64,000 bases of DNA from the human T2T-CHM13v2.0 reference genome, Homo sapiens: the NCBI RefSeq assembly GCF_009914755.1, contig NC_060926.1; one strand, 5' to 3'. The position numbers and the translations under genes were made by a program. The notes below the pieces were generated by a model that made no database searches, was not told where the DNA came from, and saw only the letters and a list, made by a program, of their open reading frames with translations. Numbering within the stretch: the stretch's first letter is position 1; every line of letters begins with the position of its first letter. Below are positions 41,290-54,519 of the stretch, piece after piece.

Positions 41290-42150
41290 AAATTGCATTG
41301 AGCAACTTTCTGGTTACTTGGGGAATAAAAAACAAAAGTGGATGTATACCTCACACCGTAAATAAAAAATAATTATTGCTTAATGAAGAGATCATAAATT
41401 TTAAAAGTACTAGAAGAAAAAAGTGTGTGAGAACTTACAATGTTAAGCTAGTTAAGCTACTTTTGGCATGCTACTTAAGTATGAGACCATAAAGGAACTA
41501 ACTTTTAGAGTAAACATATAAAGTTTTAAAAATTATCTGTGGAAAACACACAAAATGAAAACACAGATGCTAAATAGGGTAAAATGTTTACTACATACAT
41601 AAAAACAAAGTTATAATCTGTCATATAAAAAGAGCTTTTAGAGATCAATAAGAAAAAGATGAATGAATTCCCAAGAACAAACAGGAAAAAGACACTGATA
41701 TATAAGTTATGAATGAAGAAACACAAGTGATTACAGCTTATGACAGGATATTCAAGCTCAATCATAAACTACAGGTCTAAATGATTTGTTGTTGTTGTTG
41801 CTGCTGTCATTGTCATTGTTTTTCCTTGAAATAATTTAAATTACCTCAATGGCAACATGATTTTATTGTGACTTTGAACAAAGAGAGAGATGCTTGTGTA
41901 GCATGTAGGACTATAAATTGTTTTAGCCGTAGTAAAAAATGACTGGTAATAGGAATCAAAATGTAAAATGTGCATATCTTCTGATCTACACATTTTACTT
42001 TTGAGAATATATCCTAAGCGTATGCAAAATATGTAATAAAAATAATTTTAGAGTTTTTTATGGTATATGGAAAATATGAACAATCTAAATAGCTATTAAT
42101 AGGTAAATACATATATTATAATACTTGGAATTTATATTTATTACCATTTT
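41290..42150 (+). mobile_element. Ancient L1ME ORF2 3' remnant
   Basis: tacctcacaccg..aaagtactagaagaaaa..atcaataagaaaaagat..gaatatatcctaag. Confidence 0.6.
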
Positions 42151-42471
42151 TCTAATATTTAAAAAATCATTTAACACAGGTATGTTAATTATGTATGAGG
42201 GTATAGTGTTATGCAAAGTTACAAATACAAAATCAATACAACTCATTTTAAGGATTTTCTATCTCTGCTTGGTAGTAAAACTTTTATGGAATAAGTTAAC
42301 AAGTTGCAATTGAAATAGATTTGAGCTTTTCTGGTTGTAATCTCTTGGGCTTAGCCTCAGGTAATAACCAAAAAATTTCCATATATTTTTGTCCTTTAAT
42401 CCTCATAATAAAACATTTGGATATATATTATTTTCTCTATTCCCTTGATGAGTGAATTGTGGTTTTTTTCC

Positions 42472-42647
42472 CCTTTCTTTCTTTTCCTTCCTTCCTGCCT
42501 TCCTACCTTCCTTCCTTCCTTTCCTTCCTTCCTTTCTTCCTTTCTCTCTCTCTCTCTTTCTCTTTCTCCTTCTCTCTCTTTCTTTCTTTCTTTCTCTTCC
42601 TTCCTTCCTTCCTTCTTTCTTCCTCTTTCTTTCTTTTTCTTTTTTCT
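42472..42647. repeat. (TTCC/TTTC/TC)n polypyrimidine microsatellite
   Basis: Seen directly. Confidence 0.95.
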
Positions 42648-43914
42648 TGTAAACTGCTAAGGAAAACACAAGCTAAGATTTGATCCTATTGAAATGAAGA
42701 CAACCTTTTCTCCAAAGCTGCTTGGAAATGAAATGACCACTTTTCGAAGTCATGGTTTATTCAGTTAACAAGGGCTTGTAATTTCCTATGTGTTGAAACA
42801 ATAATTTTCATCCTTACAATTCTAGTTCCAGCACTAAATGGAAGCTAGGTTGGGAGTTTGGCTCTCTGTCCTATTGCAATATATTTATTTCTGCATGGAT
42901 ATGCTAGAGAGAAAACTAGTTTATAGCTAGTGAGACAATGTTTAAACTTATTTCGCTATAAATGAAAAATCGCTTGTACTACTTTCAGTAATTGATTTTA
43001 AATGCCATTCAGGTTATCAAACCAGATATTTTCAAATGATGATAAGTAGAAAATAGTTTAATGCCAACTGATGTGGAAGTTGCTTATTTGTGTTAATTAA
43101 TGAGGAGAGGTCTGGTCCATGAAAATATTGTATTACAAACAGTGGCATTGTCAATGAGGCTGTTAGTTTACTCAAGAGTGTAGTATGGTGAAAGTTACAT
43201 GTTAAATATCAATTACTGAAAAATGGAACATCTTTGAAAAGGAATTTTGCACTATAGAAAACGTCGCAGGAACTCTAAGAGCAATTCTAAGAGCAATTTA
43301 AAGAAGGTTTTTCTATAATATAATAAGCTTATTTATATAACAGGGAATATATCAGAAAATGATTTATTCTGCTTGCTCAAAGATCTCCTTTGGGGTAATA
43401 AAGTATAATCTTCTGGTATTAGCTGCTATTAATACATAGGCCAGTTGAATTATATCCTAGGCAGAATAGCCCTACATGCAATTGAAAAATGTTGTCCAGG
43501 TGATTTTTGGTATGCTTTTAATATTTGAGTCATCAGCCATCCATTGTCTAAAGTAAAATAAATATATCAAATAAAAACGTGTACTTCATTCATCTCATTA
43601 GGTTGTCAGCATTTACAGTCAGAGAGTATTTCTGAAAGTATTGTATTTCAGTTCAGAGGGAATACACTATAAATTATAAAATTGCTGACACAGTATCTAA
43701 TTCTTTTCCACTGTGATGCCTACTAGACCCAAATAAACCAAAGAAAAGTATAAATAGTACTTTATTATACATCTTGTGTGGGGACCGCATCATGCTGCCT
43801 ATAACAGAATGACCAAATTGGTTTTGTGACGGTCAGTTTTGTTTTGCTTTTTAATTAGCAAGTTTATTTTTATGTTTTATAGATTTTGTCATAAATACAG
43901 CCTAATTAACACCT

Positions 43915-44492
43915 ATAAACTGTGACATATCTAGACTATGCAATATTGTTTACTGAAAAAGAGATGAACTATCAAGGCATGAAAACACATGGATGAAATG
44001 TATGTGCATATTAGTAAGTGAAAAAAGCCAATTTGAAAAGTCTGCATACTGGATGATTCCAACTATATGGCATTCTGGGAAATGCAAAATTGTGGAGACA
44101 GTAAAAAAATTTAGCATTTGCTCGGGATTAGGATGGAAGAAGGGATGAACTCGTGGAACACACAGAATTTTGGGGGGCAATGAAACTATGCTGTGTGATA
44201 CCGTAATCATGAAGATGAATCATTATATACTCATCATAACTCACGGAATATACAACATCAAGAGTAAACCCTAGTGTAAATTATGGACTCTGGGTGACAA
44301 TGGCGTGTTGATATACGTTTATTGATTGTAACATGAGTACCACTCTGGTAGGGGATATTGATAGTGGAGAGGCTGTGTGTGTGTGGAGGCAGAGGTATGT
44401 GAGTACTCTCTGTAACTTCCACTCTATTTTGCTGTGAACCTAAAAGTGCTCTAAATGTGTCTATTTTTAAAACATAAAATAAAAATAAAAAA
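43915..44492 (+). mobile_element. L1MC1-like 3' end
   Basis: gaaaaaagccaatttgaaaag..attccaactatatggcattctgg..aagagtaaaccctagtgtaaattatggact..gctgtgaacctaaaa. Confidence 0.9.
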
Positions 44493-44649
44493 CCTGAATT
44501 TTATATTCGTAATCTTCATACTTTTAGTCTCACCACCTTAAGTATTTTACTGTTTGCCACTTACCAAAATGGTGGTGCAATTGAAGAATGGTACGTGATT
44601 CCTCTATGTTGTATCATAGTAAAGTCATGCTTGCATTTTTTTCTTTCTT

Positions 44650-44930
44650 ATTGTAGTAGAAAAGCCATGGATTTCAGAATCTGTAAGATCTTAGTTCCAA
44701 TTCTAGTTATACTAGCTGTGTATAAACTTATTTCGGTATAAATAAAAAATCGCTTGTACTACTGTCAGTAATTGATTTTAAATGCCATCCAAACCTGAAG
44801 GATAGAAAATATCCTTTTAAGGTTATAAATCTATCCAAACCTGAAGGATAGATAATATCCTTTTAAGGTTATAGTGAACATTAAGTAAGAAATATTTTGA
44901 AGTAGTTTAAAATACTAATAAATATTAAGT
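44650..44930 (+). mobile_element. MIR containing a complex templated insertion (about 44723-44829)
   Basis: gtagtagaaaagccatggattt..tactagctgtg | ..ggttatagtgaacattaagtaag. Confidence 0.6.
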
Positions 44931-45799
44931 ATACTTTTAATACTCATATATATTTTCCTTTTCAATCAATACTTGTTTTTCGATGTTCACAAAGCTTTTG
45001 TTAAAAGGGCAATGTTTTAAAAATATTTCTGTAGAGCTGTAGTTTATCATTGTGTGAATCATATTACAACACTAGAGTCTCCTAGCTCATAGCTAGGAGC
45101 TAGTTAGTTCGTAACTGTGTGAAGAAGATAAATCTTTTGAAACGACAAAGTCACGACTCACTCATCTTAAAAGGTATCTCATTATCCTAGAACAAACTTG
45201 GCATCATTGTATTACTGACTTCCAAGAGAAACCAATCCCATTTTGCCTGTATTGTCTTTCCTCTTACCGGCATTTTTTAATAAATGCTGTTGACACAGTA
45301 GCTTGCTTTCTCACAGTTCAGTTTTCCTAACTGTTTGATTCCATGGCAAATCCATAATCCTATTTTAAATATTCTCCAGGCCATGAAAATGAATGCTATT
45401 TATATCAATTCGGCTGTTCAACTGCAGTGCAGAAAAAGCTTTTGTATCCAGAGATACAAGCCTCTGGTTCAAGCATAAATTACTGGGATACACTGCTCTT
45501 TTTTCTTTTAAGCTGAACTCTCCTTGACACGAATCCCCATAGGTGTCTTAGGTAATAACTGATATTCCAAGAAAAAAAATTGTGAAAAACAGTTAAAGGA
45601 AAAGACAATTTACATTTTTAATCTGATAGATCATGTTTCCAAAATGAAATCTCTCTTAACTCTGGTAATCAATTAATTCATACATATTTCCATCAATAGA
45701 TCTTTGAATAGTGGCTTAATTGGTCTTTTGGAAATGAATCATTTGCAAAGCTAGAGTCGTGCTTCATGTACTAGCTCCCTGAAAGGTAGTGTGCAGAAA

Positions 45800-46038
45800 G
45801 ATTAAATCGCAAAGTGGATTGTAATCAGGCAGATCTTGGTTCAGATTGTGACTGTTTCCTACTTAAACTTTCAGTTTTAAAATTGAACTTGGCAGAGCTT
45901 ATTTTATGAAGTATGAATAATATTTACTTCTTGAGTAAATAAATCTTGAGGTTGATTTAAATGTTAAGTAATATAATATATGTAAAGCACTATGCAGAAT
46001 CTGGTATGTAGTGAAAGCTAAATTTGAGTTATTATTAT
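45800..46038 (+). mobile_element. MIR
   Basis: aatcaggcagatcttggttcag..tatgtaaagcactatgcagaatctggtatgtag..ttattatta. Confidence 0.65.
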
Positions 46039-46690
46039 ATGCAGGACTATCTTAAGTTTGACACACTAGCTGTATTTTTCTAAACTGTATAAATCACTTC
46101 GACTAAGTCAACTAGTATATTTCTATGACGTACTCATAAAACCAAAAAGATTAATCATTTCTTGGAAAGCTTATGAACTTATAATATGCAGTCCTAATTG
46201 AACCATGACCTACAACAGAGTTTTCCATACCAATGTAATGTTTCTTGGCCTTGTTGCACCGAATGGAACATAAGCTCCGTGGGGACAGAGATTACATTTA
46301 TTTTGGTCTTTGTATTTTGCAAGTTACCTCATTTATGAACTTGCACATAATTAGTATTCAATAGTTACATAATTAGTATTCAATAGTCATTTATAAACTG
46401 ACAACATATAAAAGTAAATACAGGTTATCAACTGACACTCTTATTTATCTTATTTTAAAAAACTTTATTATGATAATCTTTTTAAAAATAGTTATTGTGG
46501 TGCCTGTATCAAATATATTAACAGAAATTTGTTAAATAAATGAATGTAGTTAATTTTCATTTACAGAGCATGAATGCCAGAATTTGGATAACTTCTGTAC
46601 TTTCCTTGTGTTCAAATTCTGGCAGGACTAAAATATGTCTGTTTTTCCTTTCTTCCAATAATATCTCATGCCATGTTTATATAATTAATA

Positions 46691-47350
46691 CAGTAGATTA
46701 TTATCCATAAATTACATATATGCAAATTCAACTACATGCTAAAGTTAACTTGTGCCCCACAAATCTACTCCTGGGTCTTTCACAGTCATTCATAGACATA
46801 TGCAGAATAACAGAACAATTGAGTTGCTTGTTGTCTACTTTCCCAGCTAAGGTTGAACGAGGTGACACTGTGCCTTCCTGTTTCAGCTCTTTTACTGTAA
46901 ACAATTATCGTTTTGAGGGTCTACTTAGTGACATGTTTTTCACATTTTTGTGCTTTCTGTTGGTCATGTTCCTGTTTAAAATCACTTCCCACCAGTCACT
47001 TCTGCCCCCAAGCATAGTGATGAAGAGTTGTCCTGTCTTCCTTAGTGCAAGAATGCTGTGATGTGCCTTATGGAGCAAACACATGTGTTAGATAAGCCTC
47101 ATTCAAGCGTGAGTTATAGTGTTGTTGGCTATGAGTTCAATGTTAATGAATCATTTAAAATAAGGTGTCTTTAAACAGAAACAAATATGAAGTAGGTTAT
47201 AGGTTAAAGGGTTCATGAAAATGTTGTGACCAGAGGCTCACAGGAACCTGATCCTGTATTTCTCCTAGGAGCAATGATTCAGTAGTTGCTAATTCAGTGT
47301 TTATGCTGAGAATACAGGTAAAAACAACTGCAAACAATGAAAATTGTCTA
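46691..47350. mobile_element. MER82-like TcMar-Tigger non-autonomous element
   Basis: TA-flanked cagtagat..; ttcccagctaaggttgaacgaggtgacactgtgccttcctgtttcagctc..gaccagaggctcacaggaacct. Confidence 0.82.
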
Positions 47351-48266
47351 TACCACTTGTAGTAGTCAACTCTTAGTAATCAAACTCTTCTTAGGGTTCA
47401 CAGTATAATATAGAGATGATGGGTACCAGATTGGATTACATGATCTTTTGATGTTTTCTGAGTCTCCTAATACTTTTCTTGATGGGATTGAATGATTGGA
47501 TATCTTAAGGCCAGCTTCCAGAAATAAGCTGATCAAGTTTTGATATGGTATATTGGAATTCTGTCCACTCCCACTGCCTTTTCCATAACTATTCACACTC
47601 TAATAAGTAGTGGAACATCATTTGCAGAGATGGGATGAATAGGTAATTTTTGGCTATGAAATTTGCTTGTCCCCATAGGTCTCTCAGATGCTCAGTTTGG
47701 CTTTCACTGTGCAGCAGCCAATCATTACAGGAAAAACTGTTACTCTTCCTAATCTTAAGTAACTTTGATTTTACCCTCTCGTCATGAAATAAGACCTACT
47801 TAGCCGTATGGAAGGGGAGTTTAAGATAAAGGAAATTGAGGAATGTTAAAAAAGAGTAGAAATGTTATCCAAGGAAGGAGAGAGAAAGAGATGCAGATTA
47901 GCACAGGGTGAATTTAGACCAGAATGCCTTAATACAGATGTTCAGTAAAGCTAAATCTAATTCTCATTGAAAATCCCCCCTCCCTTTAAAATATCTCCAA
48001 CACTATGTCAAGAAAGAGAGAAAGAGAGATAGAAATTTCTTCTTCCAACCTTGTTCAAGATTTTGCCCTCCCCCATATTCTTTATTCTGTTGTGGGCAAG
48101 GAATGTGATTTTTCTTATTGAAAGTTAAAAAACAGGAAGTATTTGAGATCTGCTGGGAACACACACACATGCATAAAAAGATAGTGAATTTGGAGGAAAG
48201 TGTTCTAAACTCAGAGTAAAGGGCTAGGTTCTAATTATCTGCAGATGGCAAATTGCTGGCTTTGTA

Positions 48267-48279
48267 GGATGGATGGATG

Positions 48280-48322
<43 letters not shown>
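48267..48322. repeat. (GGAT)4(AGAT)10 tetranucleotide STR
   Basis: Counted directly. Confidence 0.97.
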
Positions 48323-48323
<1 letters not shown>

Positions 48324-49754
48324 TGGATGAGGCCCAAGCCTATATGTTACTGCATTCTGCTGTGGGTTTGCAGACAAGTCTAGTTTAACTTCTTTATTGC
48401 AGTCTTCACCTCAACACACTTACTGCAAGAGACAATATTGTTATCAGGCTAAGAACTACAGAACAGAAGGTGGATTTATATATTCCCTTCTCCAATCACA
48501 CCATTTGAAGACATATAAGTCCTCTGGATTTACAATTAGAGAACGACCAGCAACCTCTATAAAAAATAGTGCAGAAAGAGACCAAGATTCAATAATTATA
48601 CACAGTTGTTAGGTCTCAGTGTCTGCTTTGCCTAAAATGATAATGCCCAGCAACTTTTTCTCTTTAGATGTGTGCCTAAAAGCCAGGTACAGTGTGGTAG
48701 GTGACTCAAAGATAGGATGAATACCCTCTTTCCACCCACGATATCATGACATATTTGTCTTCTTTGAAGACCAAGAACTCACTTGGCAGTTTGCTTTGGC
48801 AGCAGAGCTTTCTGAGAGAGAGAGAAAAAGAGAGAGAGAGAGAGAGAGAAAATATTGACAGAAGTGGTCACATTTCTCATCTTTTTGTCAGCTCTGGTAG
48901 TAAATTCAAGATTTAAATTTGTAGTAAGTATGGGACTTTATAGAACACAAAGTAAATGTCAAAGTAGACACCAGGAAAAATTATTTTTGCTTCTACAGCC
49001 CTATCACAAAGGCAATCTCAGATTTAATAGTTATTCCAAAAGGAGCGGGAGCATAAAGCTTCATTGTAAAACACAATACTCTAACAAATGGTGGAAGGCT
49101 TGCAATTTCATTGCAAAGAGAGAACATAGCACTTCTTTGCCAAATATGTGGCAAATCATATTTAATTGAAGCTATTATTCCAGTGAGAAGAAATAACAAT
49201 TTGACTTCTAGGGAGTTTTAATTGACAGTATTATAATATTTGTGCAATGTACATCCACTACAAGAATAAAAGAAGCTTTTACAATTGCATACTGAAAAAT
49301 GAAAGTATCAATAAAATTTCTGTAAATCCTGGAAATAATAATATCACAATATAGCTAGCTAAAGAACAATTTTCTTCACTAGATTCACATAGCTTAGAGA
49401 AAAATAATTTTCACAGAAATATACTCATCATCTCTTTCCCTAACCCATCTTTTGTAATTTTCCTAATTTCCTCTGTATTCCACTATTTCATCATCTCATT
49501 ATTAAGAAGCAAAACATAGAGGCATTTTTGCATTATGCACTACAGTCTTTTGTTTGAAATTTAATGGGTCATGAGTTCTGCAGTCCTTGGGAAGATAGTC
49601 TTTAAAAAAATGGGGATTTTTAGATATTACATACTTGTAGCCATCTGCTTAATATGTCATTTTCAACCATTACTATGAAGGTGTGGAGAGTGTTATCTCA
49701 CTTCAACTTCACCAACAAACACTTCAACATGCATTAGTTTTTTTCCTATCAGAA

Positions 49755-50345
49755 CCATCACTCAAGAAATACCAGTTGAATGCATATAAACATGGCACTG
49801 TGCTAGGTAATGTGGAGGATGCAAAGGTAATAGACACCTGTATCTGACAACATTCTAGTAGGAAAAGGAGACTTACACAAAATGTTTATATAGTTTCACT
49901 ACAGAGTGAGATGTGTCCTAAGAGTCATGCAGGAAACTGTGCGAGATGGATTTCAGTAGAAGAAATCAATATGAGCTCCATACGGGGGCTTTATTATAAG
50001 GGGTAGAATTCTCACCTCAGTTAAGGTAGAATGTCCTTGGGGGAAAAGCAAAAAAAGTTCAGGACACACAGGGAGAATCCATCTAATTTGAAGTATAGAC
50101 GATGTAAAGAGAGGGAGTGGGTGATAAGTTTAGAAAAACATGTAAAAGCCAAAATAACAAAATTATTTAACATCAGATGAGGCAGTTTGAACTTTATTTT
50201 ACAGGCAATAGGGCATTAGTGAAAATTTTGAACAAGAAAGTAACATAATCACAATTATACTCAGGATAGAGTGGATTAAATAAGCAATGGAATTGATATT
50301 AGAAAGAAAAATTAGGCATAAGGCACAGAGAGGGTGATAAACTTC
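49755..50345 (-). mobile_element. L2 (antisense), ending about 135 nt upstream of the first exon
   Basis: ggcactgtgctagg..acattctagtagg..ggcagtttgaactttattttacaggcaataggg. Confidence 0.65.
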
Positions 50346-50480
50346 TGAGCTAGAATGTTTTATATTTTCATTTCTGCCTAACACCAATTCTTGGATTACC
50401 TGGATGTTACTAAGAATATATATACATATATTCACATTAAGATAAAGCTATGATCAATAATGTTTCTTTTTTAATTTCAG

Positions 50481-50533
50481 ATTTTTCATTATTCGTATAC
50501 TGCTTCATATGTGATTTACAACATACACACTAG
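50481..50533 (+). CDS. DPP10: DPP10 internal coding exon (53 nt, probably exon 6); encodes IFHYSYTASYVIYNIHT plus AG of a split Arg codon
   Basis: Acceptor tttcttttttaatttcAG ending 50480 and donor TAG|GTAAGT at 50534. The frame is open from phase 0. The peptide matches my recollection of DPP10 (the DPP6 paralogue reads differently here). Exon number is from memory. Confidence 0.96.
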
Positions 50534-50633
50534 GTAAGTTCTTTGATTTTCTAGTTTTCATGAGCAATTGTGTTACTAAATTGTTGGTGTAGATATCAGT
50601 TTGTTCATGTAAAAATATTCACATTTTTTCAAG
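50534..50633 (+). other. DPP10: 100-nt phase-2 GT-AG intron between the two DPP10 exons
   Basis: GTAAGT...TTTTTTCAAG; joining the flanks restores a continuous reading frame. Confidence 0.95.
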
Positions 50634-50715
50634 GGAAGTTTGGGAGTTAAATCCTCCAGAAGTAGAGGACTCCGTCTTGCAGTACGCGGCCTGGGGTGTC
50701 CAAGGGCAGCAGCTG
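50634..50715 (+). CDS. DPP10: DPP10 internal coding exon (82 nt, probably exon 7); encodes (R)EVWELNPPEVEDSVLQYAAWGVQGQQL
   Basis: Acceptor acattttttcaAG ending 50633 and donor CTG|GTAAGC at 50716. The first G completes AGG with the previous exon, so the frame is continuous. The GC- and CpG-richer codon-like sequence carries the DPP4-family 'QYAAWG..GQQL' propeller motif. Confidence 0.96.
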
Positions 50716-51229
50716 GTAAGCGCAGGCATTGGTATGCACTGAACACTGCCAATCATGGTTTTATGGAAGATGTTAACTGAAACTTTGGAAAAACCATAGG
50801 AAAACTTGTCCTACAAAACTTTATGTTTCCCTAAGTCCTTTATATCTTTTATCTAATAGTCCAACTTAAGAATACATTAAATGATACTAGTATTATTTTA
50901 TCAGTTAATAAAGACAAAAGTTTATTAAGTAATATATGATTAAACTGCTGGTTTATAATGAAACCTAGAAGAGATTCAAGGTTACTAGGACCTTGTACTG
51001 CATACTTTCCATTACATAATATTGTCAGTTTTCATGAAAAATTCAAAATAAAGATTATTTTTTCTTAAAGCATTGTTCAGGGTAAAAATTTAGACAGAAT
51101 TATTTAATATTCTCTTAAGAGAGGATTTTTACTTTTATTTTTATTTTGAAATTATTACAAACTCAAAAAGATAATTATTGATATATAAAGCAGTTTGAGC
51201 AATTATATATATGTGTATGTGCGTGTTTA

Positions 51230-51508
51230 TTTTAGGCAAAGTCTTGCTCTGTCATCCAGGCTGGAGTGAGATCTCAGCTCGCTGCAACCTCTGCCTCCCA
51301 GGTTTAAGCAATTCTTGTGCTTCAGCCTCCTGAGTACTTGGGATTACAGGCACATGCTACCAGGTCTGGCTAGCTTTTATATTTTTAGTAGAGACGGGGT
51401 TTTACCATGTTGGCCAGGCTGATCTCAAACTCCTGACCTCAAGCGATCCACCCACCTAGGCCTACCCAAAGTGATGGGATTACAGACATGAGCCAGTGAG
51501 CCCCGCCT
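51230..51508 (-). mobile_element. AluS (Sz/Sx-like) antisense, with a small internal deletion
   Basis: gtcttgctctgtcatccaggctggagtg..ctgacctcaagcgatcc..tgagccagtgagccccgcc. Confidence 0.93.
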
Positions 51509-51509
51509 G

Positions 51510-53330
51510 CAATATTATATTCTTGTACATATCTCATGGTGACAATGTAAAGCCTTTCTCAAGGGAATATTGCTCAGGGAGTAGTATTGCTTACTATCCT
51601 GTGCATGCTCAGATGTACTGAGCATCACCAAACTGATTTCTAGGTTATTTGTTAAGCGTGTTTACACCTACCAGCAATAATGAGAGCGTTCCCTTGGTTC
51701 CATATCCTTGCCAACACCTGTTTTTCCAGACTTTTAAATAATTACCCAAATGATGATACAAAATAGTATTTCGTTATAGTTTTATTAACATTTAGTATTT
51801 CCTTGAATTCTAATAAGCTAGAGCAACTTTTCATATGGTTACTGGCAATTTGTATTTTTTCATATGTGAAATATCTATTCATATATTTGTCCATTCACAT
51901 TTTTTATTCTTTTTTTTTTAGTTAAAAGGAACCCCTTATATGTTCTGGATATTAATACATTGTTTGGTCTATCTTCATCCAGTTTTCGGATTTACTTCTC
52001 ACTCTCTTAATGGATCCATTTCTACAAACATATTTTTTTATAAATGTAGTCTGATTTATCAAATACATGATTTGTACTTTTTGTTATTGATGAAATCTTT
52101 ACAATGAAATCATACTTCTCTAGAATTTTTCAAGTGGGCCTTCCATGTATAGGTTCTTGATCCATCCATCTGAAATTGCTTTTTTTGGTATGGTATTAAG
52201 TCCCTATCCATTTTTATATATGTTTTATATGGCCAACAATTGTCCTGAAACCTTTTGTTGACCACTTCATTCTTTAACTATTCATCTGCAGTGTTACAGT
52301 GTTATGCTGTACATATCCATGAGTCTTCTTCCGGCTCTTTTTTTCTTCCAGGTGGTTTGTCTATTAGTGTGCTAAGACAACAGTATCTTAATTAAAATAA
52401 GCTTTACTAGCTGACAAGGCAGTTTCATATGCTGACTTTGACTCTTCTTGACTTTTTAGCCTTTCATATGAATGTCACAATTGTCTTTCATGTTACATGC
52501 CCATTTTCAGAATTTTGAATTTATTATTTGAATCTATATGTCTATTTTGGGAAATTAACATCTTAGTGATACTGAATCTTCATATCTACAAACATTTAAT
52601 GTATGTATTTAGTTATTTAAGACTCTTAATATCTCAAATTTTACAATTTTATATCTAAAAATTTACACTTTATCATTTTGGTGACTCTTTTAAGTGCTTG
52701 CATTTCTTATTTTAAAAATGTTTGCTACTGGTAAATAGAAAGGTACTCAAATTATTTATTTAATATATATCAACCTTGCTACGCACAATTATATATTCCA
52801 AATAATTCTGTGTAGACTATTATGCTTTTTGTTAATAATGACATTTTTCTTTTCCATTTCAATTTTTATAATTTCTATGTCGTTAAAATCCTTCTGCACT
52901 AGTTAACCTATGAATGTAACTAGGTATGGTGGGGTTTTTTGTTTTTTGTTTTTGCTGGAATACTAAAAAATTGATTCTATTATGGTTACTGGGTTAAGTT
53001 TTACAATTTTTTTTTAGTTAGTTTTAGTTAGTGACTGCAATTGATGAGACATGCTTTATGGCTTGGGATTTTTTCAAAATGCTTTTTATGTGATGGATAA
53101 TTTTATATATGTTCTATATGACAGGAACAATGTTCTATATGTGCCTACAGGATCAATCTTAATAATTATGTTTCTAAGAGTTATATTTTCTTACTAATGA
53201 CAGTGGATATGTGATTTTTTTCTTTAGTTGTCAGTTTTGCATTATATAATTTGAACTATGTTGTAAAGAATGAGGAAGTTATAAAATGATAAATACATCT
53301 TTCTATTGAATTCAAATGTTTTATACCTTA
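51510..53330 (-). mobile_element. Ancient L1ME remnant (antisense)
   Basis: ccagcaataatgagag..ccatatccttgccaacac..gagcaacttttcatatg..tatatgttctggatattaa. Confidence 0.65.
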
Positions 53331-54519
53331 ATAAATATATTTACCTTATTTACCTTTAATAATTCTGATTGGCCAACCCTCATCCTATCCTTTAACTAGT
53401 TCTTTTAACGTAGTTTAGAATCCTCTAGGCTTTTTTAAAATTTGAATTGCTGTTTTAACAACAGCTGGTTGGGCTGAGTTAAGTTTTTAATTTCCTGCAA
53501 GCCTCAATTTTCTCATCTATAAATAGAAATATGTACACCATCATATCATTGTGATAATTATTTTGGAAAATGACTATTTTTCATAATAAGATGCACATTA
53601 CTATGATTTATATCCTATTTTATAAATCTGTATATTTCTTAAGCTTATTAGTGAAATAGGGTAATTATAATAGATATTTCATATCATGAGAAGCCTACAG
53701 AATAATACACTGTGGCTAAATAAGGTTTCCTTTCATTGGAAAATAATCTGGACCCTCAAATATTCAAAGAAATCCTACAAACAACCCTGCATTCACTGTC
53801 CTTTCCACACTAAATGGTTGAATAATTGAGTAAATCATTATGATGAAAAAAGGTTAGTGATTTAAAATGAAAAATGTCTGCAATTGTCCAGATACCACAG
53901 ATTATAGACATTATATTTGCTTTTATCTTGTAGATATTTAGATAAATTAACAAACAATGCATTTAATCTACCATCACAGAACTCTCTGTAATCTATCCCA
54001 CTATGATATTTCTGAAAAGTGGCAGCAAAATTTGCATAGAATATGGTAAATATGAATGTGCAGGGTTTGGTCTAGATAAGGCATGTAATCAATGAAACAT
54101 TCATGGACAATGGTGAGTGGACACCAAGAAGTGGCAGGTGCTCTCATCCTTCCTGTTTCACTCTGATGTTGTGAACAATAGAGCTGGTCCATTGGGCCAG
54201 AAGCAACTTTGGAACAAACCAAATTCCAGAACACAGAAACCCAAGACAACTCCACCTTTTGTACAAAATACTGCCCAGTATTTTAGAAAAAAATGGACAG
54301 TATTTTGGAAAATCTTTTACACTTTGGTTGGTTTTAAATGACCCTCTTATTCTTCATACTTGAGGGAAACCAACACCTATGACAAAATAATAGCACTTTG
54401 ATACACTCAGGGAAATAGTATTAATGTATGCATTTTCTTTATTTGTTATTGATTCCTTATTTTTTAATATATTTAAGAAAATTATGAAAATACTAAAAAT
54501 GTATAAAAATTATAGGTTC

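Noticed and set aside
45079-45099. Small hairpins (CTCCTAGCT-cat-AGCTAGGAG; also ATGCTCAG..CTGAGCAT near 51605) as ncRNA or terminators
   Set aside because: Stems of 8-9 bp are too short for pre-miRNA and are expected occasionally by chance; no other support
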